This document shows positions 41,838 to 52,448 of a DNA stretch of 60,640 nucleotides, piece by piece. This DNA is from an uncultured SAR86 cluster bacterium (GTDB lineage Bacteria > Pseudomonadota > Gammaproteobacteria > Magnimaribacterales > AG-339-G14), in NCBI GenBank assembly GCA_902624765.1, contig CACNYO010000003.1, positions 1 to 60,640 of the forward strand. Reading direction: 5' to 3'. A model generated the notes under the pieces. That model was not told where the DNA came from, searched no databases, and was given only the letters and a program-made list of their open reading frames with translations. The translations under genes and the position numbers were made by a program. Numbering within the stretch: the stretch's first letter is position 1; every line of letters begins with the position of its first letter.

Positions 41838-42170
41838 TTAATTACTTAGTTTTAGGTTTATATGGCATGTCTTTTTTTCGATACGATCTGCCCTTCCACG
41901 AGCTCTTGCCCTTATTCTTTTCATGATCAAGGCTTCATCAACAGAAATGTGGCTGACAAACAAAGTATCAATATCTAAACCATAATTATTCTCTGCAGAG
42001 GAAATAGCTGAGTCCAAAAGTTTTTTTAAATTTCTGGAACCAGACTTAGGACTAAAAGTAAGAATATCCAGTGCCTCATCAACTTTTTTGCCACGAATTT
42101 GATCTGCCAATAGTCTTATCTTTGAAGCTGAAGACTTAAATCTAGATAATTTTGCTGATACTTCTGTCAT
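41838..42170 (-). CDS. rplV: 50S ribosomal protein uL22
   Basis: [11 protein letters not shown] and RARGRA. Confidence 0.97.
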   Translation of the reverse strand: MTEVSAKLSRFKSSASKIRLLADQIRGKKVDEALDILTFSPKSGSRNLKKLLDSAISSAENNYGLDIDTLFVSHISVDEALIMKRIRARARGRADRIEKKTCHINLKLSN

Positions 42171-42439
42171 TAAGCTTTCCTGTCGCCTGAGTGTTGTTTA
42201 AAAGTTCTGGTTGGAACAAATTCACCTAACTTATGTCCCACCATGTCCTCTTGAATGAATATAGGTACGTGTTGCCTGCCGTTATGAATGGAGATTGTTA
42301 AACCGACCATTTCTGGAGAGATCAGTGATCTTCTAGACCATGTCTTGATAGGTCTCTTGTCTTTAGACTCTACAGCTTTTGAGACTTTATCCATCAAATG
42401 ATGGTCGATAAATGGACCTTTTTTTATTGAGCGTGGCAT
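42170..42439 (-). CDS. rpsS: 30S ribosomal protein uS19
   Basis: [14 protein letters not shown] and GHKLGEF. Confidence 0.98.
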   Translation of the reverse strand: MPRSIKKGPFIDHHLMDKVSKAVESKDKRPIKTWSRRSLISPEMVGLTISIHNGRQHVPIFIQEDMVGHKLGEFVPTRTFKQHSGDRKA

Positions 42440-42441
42440 TT

Positions 42442-43266
42442 CTATTTCTTCCTTCTTCTGATGATTTGTTTATCTGTTCTCTTATTGCTTCTTGTTCTGT
42501 AGCCTTTCGTGGGAACTCCCCAAGGCGATACTGGGTGCCTACCTCCAGAAGTTCTTCCTTCTCCACCACCATGAGGATGATCTATAGGGTTCATTGCAAC
42601 ACCTCTAACGGTGGGTCTTACCCCCAACCATCTTTTTGCTCCTGCTTTACCAATAGATTTTAAAGAATGCTCAGAATTAGACACAGTTCCAAGAACAGCC
42701 CTACATTCAACAGGCACTCTTCTTACCTCTCCGCTTTTCATTCTTAGGGTTGCTGTATTTCCTTCTTTTGCAACAAATTGAACATAGGATCCAGCACTTC
42801 TTGCTATTTGAGCACCTTTTTTCGGTTTGAGCTCTACACAATGTATTGTGGAACCAACAGGAATAGCATTAAGATCAAGAGCATTTCCTACTTTGATGGG
42901 AGCATCGTTACCAGATTGAACCGTATCTCCTTTTTTTAGGCCAGAGGGAGCAATAATGTATCTTCGCTCACCATCCGAATATAACAATAAAGCTATATGA
43001 GCTGATCTATTAGGATCGTATTCAATTCTTTCTACAATGGCGGGTATCCCGTCTTTTGTTCTTTTAAAATCAATGATTCTGTAATGTTGTTTATGTCCAC
43101 CACCTTGATGTCTTACGGTTATTCTTCCTCTATTGTTTCTACCCCCATTCTTACTTTTTGTAGCCAATAATGGTGCATGAGGTTTACCTTTATGAATGTT
43201 CTGGTCTACTTGAAAGCTTCTAAATCTTCTTCCCGCAGATGTTGGTTTTGCTCTAACTACAGTCAT
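42442..43266 (-). CDS. rplB: 50S ribosomal protein uL2
   Basis: EYDPNRSA and [17 protein letters not shown]. Confidence 0.99.
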   Translation of the reverse strand: MTVVRAKPTSAGRRFRSFQVDQNIHKGKPHAPLLATKSKNGGRNNRGRITVRHQGGGHKQHYRIIDFKRTKDGIPAIVERIEYDPNRSAHIALLLYSDGERRYIIAPSGLKKGDTVQSGNDAPIKVGNALDLNAIPVGSTIHCVELKPKKGAQIARSAGSYVQFVAKEGNTATLRMKSGEVRRVPVECRAVLGTVSNSEHSLKSIGKAGAKRWLGVRPTVRGVAMNPIDHPHGGGEGRTSGGRHPVSPWGVPTKGYRTRSNKRTDKQIIRRRKK

Positions 43267-43268
43267 TA

Positions 43269-43565
43269 TTATTCAATTGATAAATCTATTTGATTGCCTT
43301 CCTTTAGAAATACATAAGCTTTTTTCCAATCACTTTTTTTTCTAATTTTATTCTTCAGTGTTCTTTTTGTTTTCCCTTTGACGTTCACAATATTTACTTT
43401 TTCAACTTCAACTTTGTATAAAGATTCTATTGCTTTTTTTACTTGAAGCTTGTTAGCAGAGGAAGAAACTTTAAAAACATAACTATTTGCGTTCTGAATA
43501 GCTAAAGAAGCTTTCTCAGAAAGATGGGATGAATTTAATACTTTTAAAGGGTGCAATTGACTCAT
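43269..43565 (-). CDS. rplW: 50S ribosomal protein uL23
   Basis: SEKA, KGKTKR and WKKAYV. Confidence 0.95.
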   Translation of the reverse strand: MSQLHPLKVLNSSHLSEKASLAIQNANSYVFKVSSSANKLQVKKAIESLYKVEVEKVNIVNVKGKTKRTLKNKIRKKSDWKKAYVFLKEGNQIDLSIE

Positions 43566-44167
43566 GAATATGCCCCTATGATTTTTTCTAAAGATTTATC
43601 TGTGAGTAGGATTTTTTCATGTGAAATTAAATCTACCGGATTGATTTGATCAGCCGTAGTGATACCAATATTTTTTAAATTCCTAGAAGCTAAATGAAGA
43701 TTTTCAGATATCTCATCTAAAATTATCGTTATAGAAGAAATCTCAAATGGAGAGATTAATTCTAATAATTTTTTTGTTTTTGGTTCATCTAAAGAAAAAT
43801 CTTTTACCATGATTATTCTTTCTTCTTTAGCTAATTTAGATAGGATTGATTTAATACCATTTTTGAACATCTTTTTATTTATTTTTTTCTTTGTAATTTG
43901 CGGTCTAGCAGCAAATGTAACACCACCTGATCTCCAAATCGGACCACGAGTTGTTCCGGCTCTAGCTCTTCCAGTTCCTTTTTGTCTCCAAGGTTTTTTC
44001 CCACCACCGCTGACATCAGATCTGTTTTTTTGAGATTTTGTGCCGCTATGATTATTTGAAATTACAGTGTTTACTAATTGATGAACAAGATCCTCGTTAA
44101 AATCTTGTTCAAATATAGTCTCAGGCAAATCTGCTGATGTTTTTTCTTTGTAATAGGATAGCTGCAT
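43562..44167 (-). CDS. rplD: 50S ribosomal protein uL4
   Basis: SGGGKKPWRQKGTGRARAG. Confidence 0.98.
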   Translation of the reverse strand: MQLSYYKEKTSADLPETIFEQDFNEDLVHQLVNTVISNNHSGTKSQKNRSDVSGGGKKPWRQKGTGRARAGTTRGPIWRSGGVTFAARPQITKKKINKKMFKNGIKSILSKLAKEERIIMVKDFSLDEPKTKKLLELISPFEISSITIILDEISENLHLASRNLKNIGITTADQINPVDLISHEKILLTDKSLEKIIGAYS

Positions 44168-44169
44168 AA

Positions 44170-44805
44170 TTAGTTTTTAATTGCTGGCTTTATAATAACG
44201 GGTGAACCTTTAGATCCAGGTAGAGCACCTTTTACTAAAATAAGATTATTTTCTGTATCTATTTTTTGTATTTTTAAATTCTGTGTTGTTTGGCGGGTGT
44301 TTCCTAGATGACCTGCCATCTTTTTTCCTTTCCAAACTCTTCCAGGAGTTTGACATTGACCAATAGATCCAGGTTTCCTGTGTGCTAAAGAATTTCCATG
44401 TGTTGCATCTTGTGTTGCAAAATTCCAACGTTTGACCGTACCAGCAAAGCCTTTGCCTTTGGTTGTACCGGTAACGTCGATAATCTGACCCTCCTCAAAC
44501 ATGTTTAGTTCCAATGATTGACCTAGTTCAATATTTTCTAAGTCTGATTCTTGGATTCTAAATTCCTTAATTGTTTTAGCTGAGGGGGTGTTTGATTTAT
44601 TGAGATGGGCTATTTCGGGTTTTGTGAGATGTTTTTCTTTTTTGGTTCCGGTAGATATTTGTACTGATGAGTAACCTTCTGAATCAACTTTTTTTATTTG
44701 GGTCACAACATTGGAGTCGATTTTTACCACGGTAACAGGCACAGAATTTCCATCTTCTGTGAAAACCCGGGACATTCCCTCTTTTATGCCTATCAATCCA
44801 ATCAT
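44170..44805 (-). CDS. rplC: 50S ribosomal protein uL3
   Basis: KGKGFAG, HGNS and PGRVWKGKKMAG. Confidence 0.98.
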   Translation of the reverse strand: MIGLIGIKEGMSRVFTEDGNSVPVTVVKIDSNVVTQIKKVDSEGYSSVQISTGTKKEKHLTKPEIAHLNKSNTPSAKTIKEFRIQESDLENIELGQSLELNMFEEGQIIDVTGTTKGKGFAGTVKRWNFATQDATHGNSLAHRKPGSIGQCQTPGRVWKGKKMAGHLGNTRQTTQNLKIQKIDTENNLILVKGALPGSKGSPVIIKPAIKN

Positions 44806-44806
44806 T

Positions 44807-45130
44807 TTATTTACTTAACTCATCTAATGAGATTTGAACGTCAACCCCAGCGGAAAGATCTAGCTTCATTAAAGCATCGACAGTTTTTTCAGTGGGCTTG
44901 ATGATATCCATCACTCTTTTATAGGTTCTAATTTCATATTGATCTCTTGCATCTTTATCCTTGTGAGGCGAGATTAATATAGTAGTGCGACTTTTTTTGA
45001 CAGGCATTGGTATTGGTCCTTTAACAACCGCGCCAGTTCTTTTAACAGTATCAACAATTTCTCTTGCCGATTTATCAATTAATTTATTGTCAAAAGCTTT
45101 GAGCCGAATTCTAATATTCTGGTCTTGCAA
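44807..45130 (-). CDS. rpsJ: 30S ribosomal protein uS10
   Basis: [13 protein letters not shown] and SPHKDKDAR; TTG start at 45130, 5 nt after GGAGG. Confidence 0.97.
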   Translation of the reverse strand: MQDQNIRIRLKAFDNKLIDKSAREIVDTVKRTGAVVKGPIPMPVKKSRTTILISPHKDKDARDQYEIRTYKRVMDIIKPTEKTVDALMKLDLSAGVDVQISLDELSK

Positions 45131-45216
45131 ACCAACCTCCAAAAGTAATAAATATCTGTTAAAGAACTAATCGATTTATCCGTAAATCAATTCATCCATC
45201 TCACGGACGAGCGGCA

Positions 45217-45245
45217 ATTCTATTGGGACATCGATGCGATGTCAA
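45217..45245 (-). promoter_or_regulatory. Sigma70 promoter of the S10(-spc-alpha) operon
   Basis: TTGACA (45245-45240), 17 nt spacer, TAGAAT (45222-45217), followed by the GC-rich discriminator TGCCGC. Confidence 0.85.
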
Positions 45246-45253
45246 CAAGCGTA

Positions 45254-47371
45254 TTAGCTTTTATTTATGATGGATTCTGCAACGTTATTGGGGACTTCAG
45301 CGTACTTTAGAGGCTCCATAGTAAACGTTGCTCTACCTTGGGTTGCAGATCTTAAATCAGTTGCATATCCAAACATTTCAGCAAGGGGAACTTCTCCATT
45401 GAGAGCCTTACCAGATGGTATATCATTCATTCCCTGGACAATTCCTCTTCTTCTATTTAAGTCTCCAACGACATCTCCCATGTATTCTTCTGGAGTCACA
45501 ACTTCTAGCTTCATAATCGGTTCAAGTAAAACCGGCTTAGCTCTCATAGCTCCATCTTTTAAAGCCTGTGAAGCAGCAACTTTAAAAGCTATCTCACTTG
45601 AATCTACATCATGGAAAGAACCATCATAGAGCGTTACTTTTACATCGATTAAAGGATAGCCAGCAATTACACCAGCTTCCATTTGTTCTTTGACACCCTT
45701 GTCTACAGCTGGGATGAATTCTCTTGGAATGGTTCCACCAACTATAGAATTAACAAATTCATAGATATCTTTATCTTCTTCTTCCGTCTCTTCGTGAACT
45801 AAGGGTTCAATTTTTATCCAAACGTGTCCGTATTGACCTTTACCGCCCGATTGTCTTACAAACTTTCCTTCAGATTCAACCATTTGTCTGATAGTTTCTC
45901 TATAGGCTACCTGAGGCTTACCAATATTAGCTTCGACATCAAACTCTCGTTTCATTCTGTCAACAATCACGTCTAAGTGAAGCTCCCCCATACCGGATAT
46001 TATTGTTTGACCTGATTCTTCATCACTATTCACTCTAAAAGATGGATCCTCTTGAGCAAGCCTTCCTAACGCGGTAGACATTTTTTCCTGGTCTGTTTTA
46101 GTTTTTGGTTCAACGGCAACTGAAATCACTGGCTCTGGGAATGTCATCTTTTCCAAGATGATAGCCTTATCTCTATCGCAAAGAGTTTCTCCTGTGCTGA
46201 CGTCTTTCAGACCTATGACTGCACATATATCACCTGCCCTTACTTCAGATATTTCTGTTCTGTTGTTAGCGTGCATCTGCAACATCCTACCGATTCTTTC
46301 TTTGGATCTTCGAGATGGTGAATAAACAGAATCTCCAGATGATAAAACACCTGAATAAACTCTTATAAAGGTTAAGGTACCTACAAATGGATCTGTAGCA
46401 ATCTTGAAAGCAAGAGCTGAGAATGGCTCCTCGTCGCTAGAAGATCTCTGATCTTCAGTTTCTTCGTCTTCCAAAACACCTTTTATAGCTTCAACCTCAT
46501 CAGGAGATGGCAGATAATTGATTACCGCGTCTAGTACACATTGAACTCCTTTGTTTTTAAATGCTGAACCACATAGACATAAAACTATTTCATTAGATAA
46601 GGTTCTTTGTCTAAGTCCTGCTATGATTTCATCTTCTGTAAGATCTCCATTTTCGAGGTACTTATCCATTAAATCTTCCGACGCCTCAGCGGCAGATTCA
46701 AGCATCTGCTCTCTGTAATCTTCACATTCAGCTAACATTGATTCAGGGATATCTTCTTCTCTATAGGATTTACCCATATCATCGAGATCAAAATAAAGAG
46801 CTTTCATAGAAATTAAATCAACCATTCCTTCAAAGTCATCTTCAGCACCTATTGGAAGGTTGATAGGAACTGGTGAGGCACCTAATCTATCTTTCATTTG
46901 TTGAACAACATTAAGAAAGTTTGCTCCGGCTCTATCCATTTTGTTAATGAAAGCAATTCTAGGAACCTTGTAACGATTTGCTTGTCTCCAAACTGTTTCG
47001 GACTGGGGTTCAACTCCTGAGCTGCCGCAGAAAACAACAACTGCTCCATCCAATACTCTCAATGATCTTTCAACTTCAATAGTAAAATCTACGTGGCCAG
47101 GTGTATCAATAATATTAACTCGGTGTTCATCAAATTGTTGTTTCATCCCCTTCCAGAAACAAGTTGTAGCAGCTGAAGTTATCGTAATACCTCTTTCTTG
47201 CTCCTGCTCCATCCAATCCATTGTTGCAGCACCATCATGGACTTCTCCAATTTTGTGAGAAATACCTGTGTAATATAGAACCCTTTCTGTAGTTGTTGTT
47301 TTTCCGGCATCTACGTGGGCGCAAATACCGATGTTTCTATATAGTTTAAGTGGAACTTTTCTGCCGCTCAT
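45254..47371 (-). CDS. fusA: Elongation factor G
   Basis: [22 protein letters not shown] and NKMDR; 705 aa. Confidence 0.99.
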   Translation of the reverse strand: MSGRKVPLKLYRNIGICAHVDAGKTTTTERVLYYTGISHKIGEVHDGAATMDWMEQEQERGITITSAATTCFWKGMKQQFDEHRVNIIDTPGHVDFTIEVERSLRVLDGAVVVFCGSSGVEPQSETVWRQANRYKVPRIAFINKMDRAGANFLNVVQQMKDRLGASPVPINLPIGAEDDFEGMVDLISMKALYFDLDDMGKSYREEDIPESMLAECEDYREQMLESAAEASEDLMDKYLENGDLTEDEIIAGLRQRTLSNEIVLCLCGSAFKNKGVQCVLDAVINYLPSPDEVEAIKGVLEDEETEDQRSSSDEEPFSALAFKIATDPFVGTLTFIRVYSGVLSSGDSVYSPSRRSKERIGRMLQMHANNRTEISEVRAGDICAVIGLKDVSTGETLCDRDKAIILEKMTFPEPVISVAVEPKTKTDQEKMSTALGRLAQEDPSFRVNSDEESGQTIISGMGELHLDVIVDRMKREFDVEANIGKPQVAYRETIRQMVESEGKFVRQSGGKGQYGHVWIKIEPLVHEETEEEDKDIYEFVNSIVGGTIPREFIPAVDKGVKEQMEAGVIAGYPLIDVKVTLYDGSFHDVDSSEIAFKVAASQALKDGAMRAKPVLLEPIMKLEVVTPEEYMGDVVGDLNRRRGIVQGMNDIPSGKALNGEVPLAEMFGYATDLRSATQGRATFTMEPLKYAEVPNNVAESIINKS

Positions 47372-47392
47372 ATTTAAATTGTGTTTATCTTA

Positions 47393-47863
47393 TTAAAATC
47401 TGAAATGTGAAAATGCTTTATTTGCATCAGCCATTTTGTGGGTATCTTGTCTCTTTTTAACTGCTTCTCCCCTACCGTCTGACGCGTCTAGTAATTCGTT
47501 AGCTAACTTGTCAGCCATTTTCTTTTCTGATCTTTTTTTCGCACTGGTCACTAACCATCTCATAGCAAGGGCCATTTTTCTGGAAGACTTTACTTCTATT
47601 GGAACTTGGTAAGTTGCCCCACCTACTCTTCTGGATTTAACTTCAACTTGAGGAGCAACTTGGTCTAATGCATCATCAAATACCTTTAAAGGATCTTGTT
47701 TAGATTTAGCAGAGATTTGATCTAAAGCAGAGTACATTATTTTCTCAGCAACACTTTTTTTTCCACGTTGCATAATCTGATTAATAAACTTTGCAACTTT
47801 AATGCTGTTAAATTTTGGATCAGCAAGTATGTCTCTTTTAGGAACTGGACCTTTTCTTGGCAT
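47393..47863 (-). CDS. rpsG: 30S ribosomal protein uS7
   Basis: [12 protein letters not shown] and ANKAFSH. Confidence 0.98.
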   Translation of the reverse strand: MPRKGPVPKRDILADPKFNSIKVAKFINQIMQRGKKSVAEKIMYSALDQISAKSKQDPLKVFDDALDQVAPQVEVKSRRVGGATYQVPIEVKSSRKMALAMRWLVTSAKKRSEKKMADKLANELLDASDGRGEAVKKRQDTHKMADANKAFSHFRF

Positions 47864-47872
47864 ATTTTTGAA

Positions 47873-48244
47873 TTATTTAGGTTTTTTGGATCCGTATTTA
47901 GATCTTCTTTGCTTTCTGTCATCAACTCCCGAAGTATCAAGAGTACCTCTAACGGTGTGGTATCTAACACCGGGTAGGTCTTTGACTCTTCCGCCTCTTA
48001 GAAGAACAACAGAGTGCTCTTGCAAGTTGTGACCTTCACCACCAATGTAAGAAATAACTTCGTAACCTGATGTCAATCTGACTTTACAAACTTTTCTAAG
48101 AGCTGAATTAGGCTTCTTTGGAGTCGTAGTATAAACACGAGTGCAGACACCTCTCCTTTGTGGACATCTGTTTAAAGCTGGAACATCCGACTTTGCAGAT
48201 TTGCTCTTTCTCGGTTTTTTTATAAGTTGATTAACAGTAGCCAT
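47873..48244 (-). CDS. rpsL: 30S ribosomal protein uS12
   Basis: [11 protein letters not shown] and [12 protein letters not shown]. Confidence 0.99.
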   Translation of the reverse strand: MATVNQLIKKPRKSKSAKSDVPALNRCPQRRGVCTRVYTTTPKKPNSALRKVCKVRLTSGYEVISYIGGEGHNLQEHSVVLLRGGRVKDLPGVRYHTVRGTLDTSGVDDRKQRRSKYGSKKPK

Positions 48245-48255
48245 TTTGGTGTGCG

Positions 48256-48284
48256 ATTTTAGATATGATGATAGTCTAGGTCAA
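48256..48284 (-). promoter_or_regulatory. Sigma70 promoter of rpsL-rpsG-fusA
   Basis: TTGACC, 17 nt spacer, TAAAAT; 11 nt before the ATG. Confidence 0.75.
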
Positions 48285-48295
48285 ACATTATTTAA

Positions 48296-51200
48296 TTATT
48301 CCTCAGAGACCTCTGTTCCTTCCATAGCTTCAGCTAGCTCCATTTCCAAATTAGACTCAATTTCATCTTTTTCAGCATAGAAACCAGTACCTGCAGGAAT
48401 TAATTTACCAATAATCACATTTTCTTTGAGTCCTCTAAGCTTATCGATTTTGCCAGTCACAGCCGCTTCTGTTAGAACTCTTGTTGTTTCTTGGAAAGAT
48501 GCAGCTGATACGAATGAGTCAGTAGCTAGTGAAGCCTTGGTAATTCCAAGAAGAATTCTGTCAAATTCAATTAAAGCTTTTCCATCTTCAGAAAGAGTTT
48601 TATTTTTTTCAGCAACTGCAGATAGTTCGGCCTGTTCACCTAAAATAAAGTCAGAATCGCCAGGATCAGTAATTTCGACTTTTCTTAGCATCTGTCTCAA
48701 AATCACTTCTATGTGTTTATCAGATATCTCAACTCCTTGGAGTCTATAAACATCTTGTATTTCATTCACAACATAATCGGTGAGCTCTTCAACTCCTTTT
48801 AGGGCAAGAATATCGTGAGGGCTTAAAGGTCCATCACTTACTACATCTCCTTTGCTAACCATCTCTCCTTCGAAAACATTAATATTTCTTGTTTTAGGAA
48901 TAAGCGTCTCTGAAGTTACTTCCTCCTTGCCATCCATTTTTGTTATGACTAATCTTCTTTTTCCTTTAGTTTCCTTGCCCCAAGAAACCACCCCAGACAT
49001 ATCGGCTAGAATTGCTTCCTCTTTAGGTTTTCTAGCTTCAAATAAATCTGCAACTCTTGGTAAACCACCAGTAATATCTCTAGTTTTAGATGACTCTTTA
49101 GGAATACGAGCAATAACATCGCCAACTTTTATTTTTGAGTTATTTGTCAAGCCAAGAATAGAGTTACCTTCGAGAGAATATACAGCAGCATGCTTGCCTC
49201 CAGGCAAAGTAACTTCTTTTCCTTTTTCATCCATAATGCTTACAGATGGACTTAGCTCCTTACCTGATGAAGATCTTTCAGAAACATCCAAGACTTGAGT
49301 GCTACTCAATCCCGTTAAATCATCCTGTATGGTCTTGACTGTGATGCTTTCTTCCATATCGGATAATTTAACTTTACCTTCAACTTCAGAAATTATTGGT
49401 CTCGTATGAGGATCCCAGGATGCAATAATATCTCCTGCCTTAGCTTGATCTCCGTCGTTAACAGAAATAATAGCTCCGTAAGGAACCTTATATCTTTCTT
49501 TTTCCTGACCATTTTCATCCGATACCGAAATCTCAGCTGATCTTGAAATACATACATTTTTCTTTTCTCTATTTACAAGTGAATTAAGATTTGTGTATTT
49601 GACACTACCATCGTATTTAATTTGAACTTTATCTTCTTCAGAAGACCTCGATGCTGCTCCTCCGATGTGAAAAGTTCTCATTGTTAATTGTGTGCCTGGC
49701 TCACCTATTGATTGAGCAGCTACAATTCCTACAGCTTCTCCAGGGTCAACAAGATTCCCTCTTCCCAAGTCTCTTCCGTAACACATTGAGCATATTCCGT
49801 ATGCTGTTTGGCAAGTTATAGGAGATCTAACAAAGATTGAATCGATAGAATGATTTCCTAATTCTTGTGCAATAGCTTCATCGATAACATTATTTGCAGG
49901 CAACTTAAATGCTCCATCTGCTGAAGAAACTTCTTTTGCTGTGACTCTACCTAAAACTCTATCTTTAAGCTCAAGTACAGTTTCACCTCCTTCGATAATT
50001 GATTTAATTTCAATACCTTTTTTAGTCTCACAATCAACTTCTCTCACCACTAAATCTTGTGCTACATCAACTAATCTTCTAGTTAAGTAACCAGAATTAG
50101 CAGTTTTCAGAGCAGTATCTGCCAACCCTTTTCTTGCCCCATGAGTAGAGGTGAAATATTGCAATACTGTCAATCCTTCCCTGAAATTCGCAGTTATAGG
50201 AGTTTCAATAATTGATCCGTCTGGCTTAGCCATAAGACCTCTCATTCCTGCAAGCTGTCTTACTTGTGCGGGTGAACTTCTTGCACCCGAATCCAGGTAC
50301 ATATAAACAGAGTTAAAGGAATCTTGATCAACCTCTTTTCCATCTTTGTTTGTAACTTTTTCTTTTGAGATAGTATCCATTAGAGAGTTTGCTACTTTTT
50401 CATTAGCACGGGACCAAATATCAATGACCTTATTGTATTTTTCACCTTGGGTCACTAAACCAGATGAGTATTGAGCCTCTATATCTTTTACCTCTTGTTC
50501 AGATTTTTCAATAATTTCGGCCTTATCCTCTGGGATTAAACAATCATCAACACAAATAGAAGAGCCAGATTTAGTTGAGTATTCATAACCTTGATACATG
50601 AGTTGATCTGCAAAAATTACAGTATCTTTCAAACCACAATCTCTGTAGCAAGTGTTTATTAGATCGGAAATGCCTTTGCTGGTTAAAGTCTTATTAAAAT
50701 GTTCAAAATTTAATCCATCTGGGGAGATTTGATAAAGTAATGCTCTTCCAACTGTAGTATCTTTAAGTTCAGTTTGACTTTCTTTATCTTTGATCCTTAC
50801 TTTAACTTTTGCTTGAAGTTCAACTGCATTTGTTTCAAAAGCTCTAGATACTTCTTTAACGTCTGCAAATATAGATCCCTCACCTTTTGCATTAATTTTT
50901 TCTCTTGTCATGTAGTAAATTCCTAAAACAACATCTTGGGATGGATCTATGATTGGCCTACCATTTGAGGGTGAAAGAATATTGTTACTAGCCATAAGCA
51001 GGGCACGGCATTCAAGTTGAGCTTCTAAAGTTAGCGGAACGTGAACAGCCATTTGATCCCCATCGAAATCTGCGTTGTAAGCTTTACAAACTAGAGGATG
51101 TAATTGGATGGCTTTACCTTCAATAAGTAATGGTTCAAAAGCTTGGATTCCCAATCTATGGAGTGTTGGAGCTCTATTTAAAAGAATAGGATGTTCCTTT

Positions 51201-52444
51201 ATAACGTCGGCTAAAATATCCCAAACAACGGGCTCCTCTCTCTCAACCATCCTTTTTGCACCTTTGATAGTAGTTGCTAGCTCCAGATTTTGAAGCTTCC
51301 CAAACACAAATGGTTTGAAAAGTTCAAGAGCCATTTTTTTAGGTAGGCCACATTGATGCAATTTTAAAGTAGGTCCGACCACGATCACTGAACGGCCAGA
51401 ATAATCAACCCTTTTTCCTAAAAGGTTTTGTCTAAATCTTCCTTGCTTACCTTTTATCATGTCAGCTAAAGATTTGAGAGGTCTTTTGTTCGAACCAGTT
51501 ATGGCTCTTCCTCTTCTTCCATTATCTAAAAGAGCGTCAACTGATTCCTGGAGCATTCTTTTTTCATTTCTGACAATAATTTCAGGAGCATTGAGTTCCA
51601 TTAGTCTTTTAAGCCTATTGTTTCTGTTTATAACTCTTCTATACAAGTCGTTGAGATCTGAAGTAGCAAATCTTCCTCCTTCAAGAGGAACCAAAGGTCT
51701 TAAGTCTGGAGGCAATACAGGCAACACATCGAGGATCATCCATTCAGGCTTATTGGAAGAATTACTGAATGATTTTATGATTTTCATTCTTTTAGAAAGT
51801 TTTTTTATTTTTGCTTCAGACTTGGTTTCTGTCATTTGTTGTTCAATCAAAATAATTTCTTCTTCTAAATCCATCTCCATTAGCAGTATCTTGACTGCTT
51901 CTGCTCCCATTCCTGCTCTGAATTCTTCACCATAATTTTCAAGAGCCTCGTAATACTCTTCTTCATCTAAAATCTGACAGCTTTCAAGATCTGTCATTCC
52001 TGGATCAGTAACTACGAAAGATTCAAAATAAAGAATTCTTTCTAATTCTCTTAGCGTCATATCTAAAAGTAGAGCAATTCTTGAAGGTAGAGATTTTAGA
52101 AACCAAATGTGGGCAACGGGCGCAGCCAGTTCAATATGCCCCATTCTTTCTCTTCTAACTTTAGCAAGTGTGACTTCAACTCCACATTTTTCACAAACTA
52201 CTCCCCTATGCTTCATCCTTTTGTATTTGCCGCAAATGCATTCGTAATCCTTTATAGGTCCAAAAATCTTTGCGCAAAAAAGGCCGTCTCTTTCAGGCTT
52301 AAATGTTCTGTAGTTTATTGTTTCTGGTTTTTTTACTTCCCCAAAAGACCATGATCTAATTTGTTGGGGTGAAGCCAAACCTGCTTTGATGGCATTGAAA
52401 TCTTCTTGTTCGCCTTGGTTGAATAATTTTAATAAATCTTTCAT
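48296..52444 (-). CDS. rpoC: RNA polymerase beta' subunit
   Basis: [12 protein letters not shown], zinc-finger cysteines and [12 protein letters not shown]; start moved to ATG 52444 (MKDLL). Confidence 0.99.
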   Translation of the reverse strand: MKDLLKLFNQGEQEDFNAIKAGLASPQQIRSWSFGEVKKPETINYRTFKPERDGLFCAKIFGPIKDYECICGKYKRMKHRGVVCEKCGVEVTLAKVRRERMGHIELAAPVAHIWFLKSLPSRIALLLDMTLRELERILYFESFVVTDPGMTDLESCQILDEEEYYEALENYGEEFRAGMGAEAVKILLMEMDLEEEIILIEQQMTETKSEAKIKKLSKRMKIIKSFSNSSNKPEWMILDVLPVLPPDLRPLVPLEGGRFATSDLNDLYRRVINRNNRLKRLMELNAPEIIVRNEKRMLQESVDALLDNGRRGRAITGSNKRPLKSLADMIKGKQGRFRQNLLGKRVDYSGRSVIVVGPTLKLHQCGLPKKMALELFKPFVFGKLQNLELATTIKGAKRMVEREEPVVWDILADVIKEHPILLNRAPTLHRLGIQAFEPLLIEGKAIQLHPLVCKAYNADFDGDQMAVHVPLTLEAQLECRALLMASNNILSPSNGRPIIDPSQDVVLGIYYMTREKINAKGEGSIFADVKEVSRAFETNAVELQAKVKVRIKDKESQTELKDTTVGRALLYQISPDGLNFEHFNKTLTSKGISDLINTCYRDCGLKDTVIFADQLMYQGYEYSTKSGSSICVDDCLIPEDKAEIIEKSEQEVKDIEAQYSSGLVTQGEKYNKVIDIWSRANEKVANSLMDTISKEKVTNKDGKEVDQDSFNSVYMYLDSGARSSPAQVRQLAGMRGLMAKPDGSIIETPITANFREGLTVLQYFTSTHGARKGLADTALKTANSGYLTRRLVDVAQDLVVREVDCETKKGIEIKSIIEGGETVLELKDRVLGRVTAKEVSSADGAFKLPANNVIDEAIAQELGNHSIDSIFVRSPITCQTAYGICSMCYGRDLGRGNLVDPGEAVGIVAAQSIGEPGTQLTMRTFHIGGAASRSSEEDKVQIKYDGSVKYTNLNSLVNREKKNVCISRSAEISVSDENGQEKERYKVPYGAIISVNDGDQAKAGDIIASWDPHTRPIISEVEGKVKLSDMEESITVKTIQDDLTGLSSTQVLDVSERSSSGKELSPSVSIMDEKGKEVTLPGGKHAAVYSLEGNSILGLTNNSKIKVGDVIARIPKESSKTRDITGGLPRVADLFEARKPKEEAILADMSGVVSWGKETKGKRRLVITKMDGKEEVTSETLIPKTRNINVFEGEMVSKGDVVSDGPLSPHDILALKGVEELTDYVVNEIQDVYRLQGVEISDKHIEVILRQMLRKVEITDPGDSDFILGEQAELSAVAEKNKTLSEDGKALIEFDRILLGITKASLATDSFVSAASFQETTRVLTEAAVTGKIDKLRGLKENVIIGKLIPAGTGFYAEKDEIESNLEMELAEAMEGTEVSEE

Positions 52445-52448
52445 TAGA

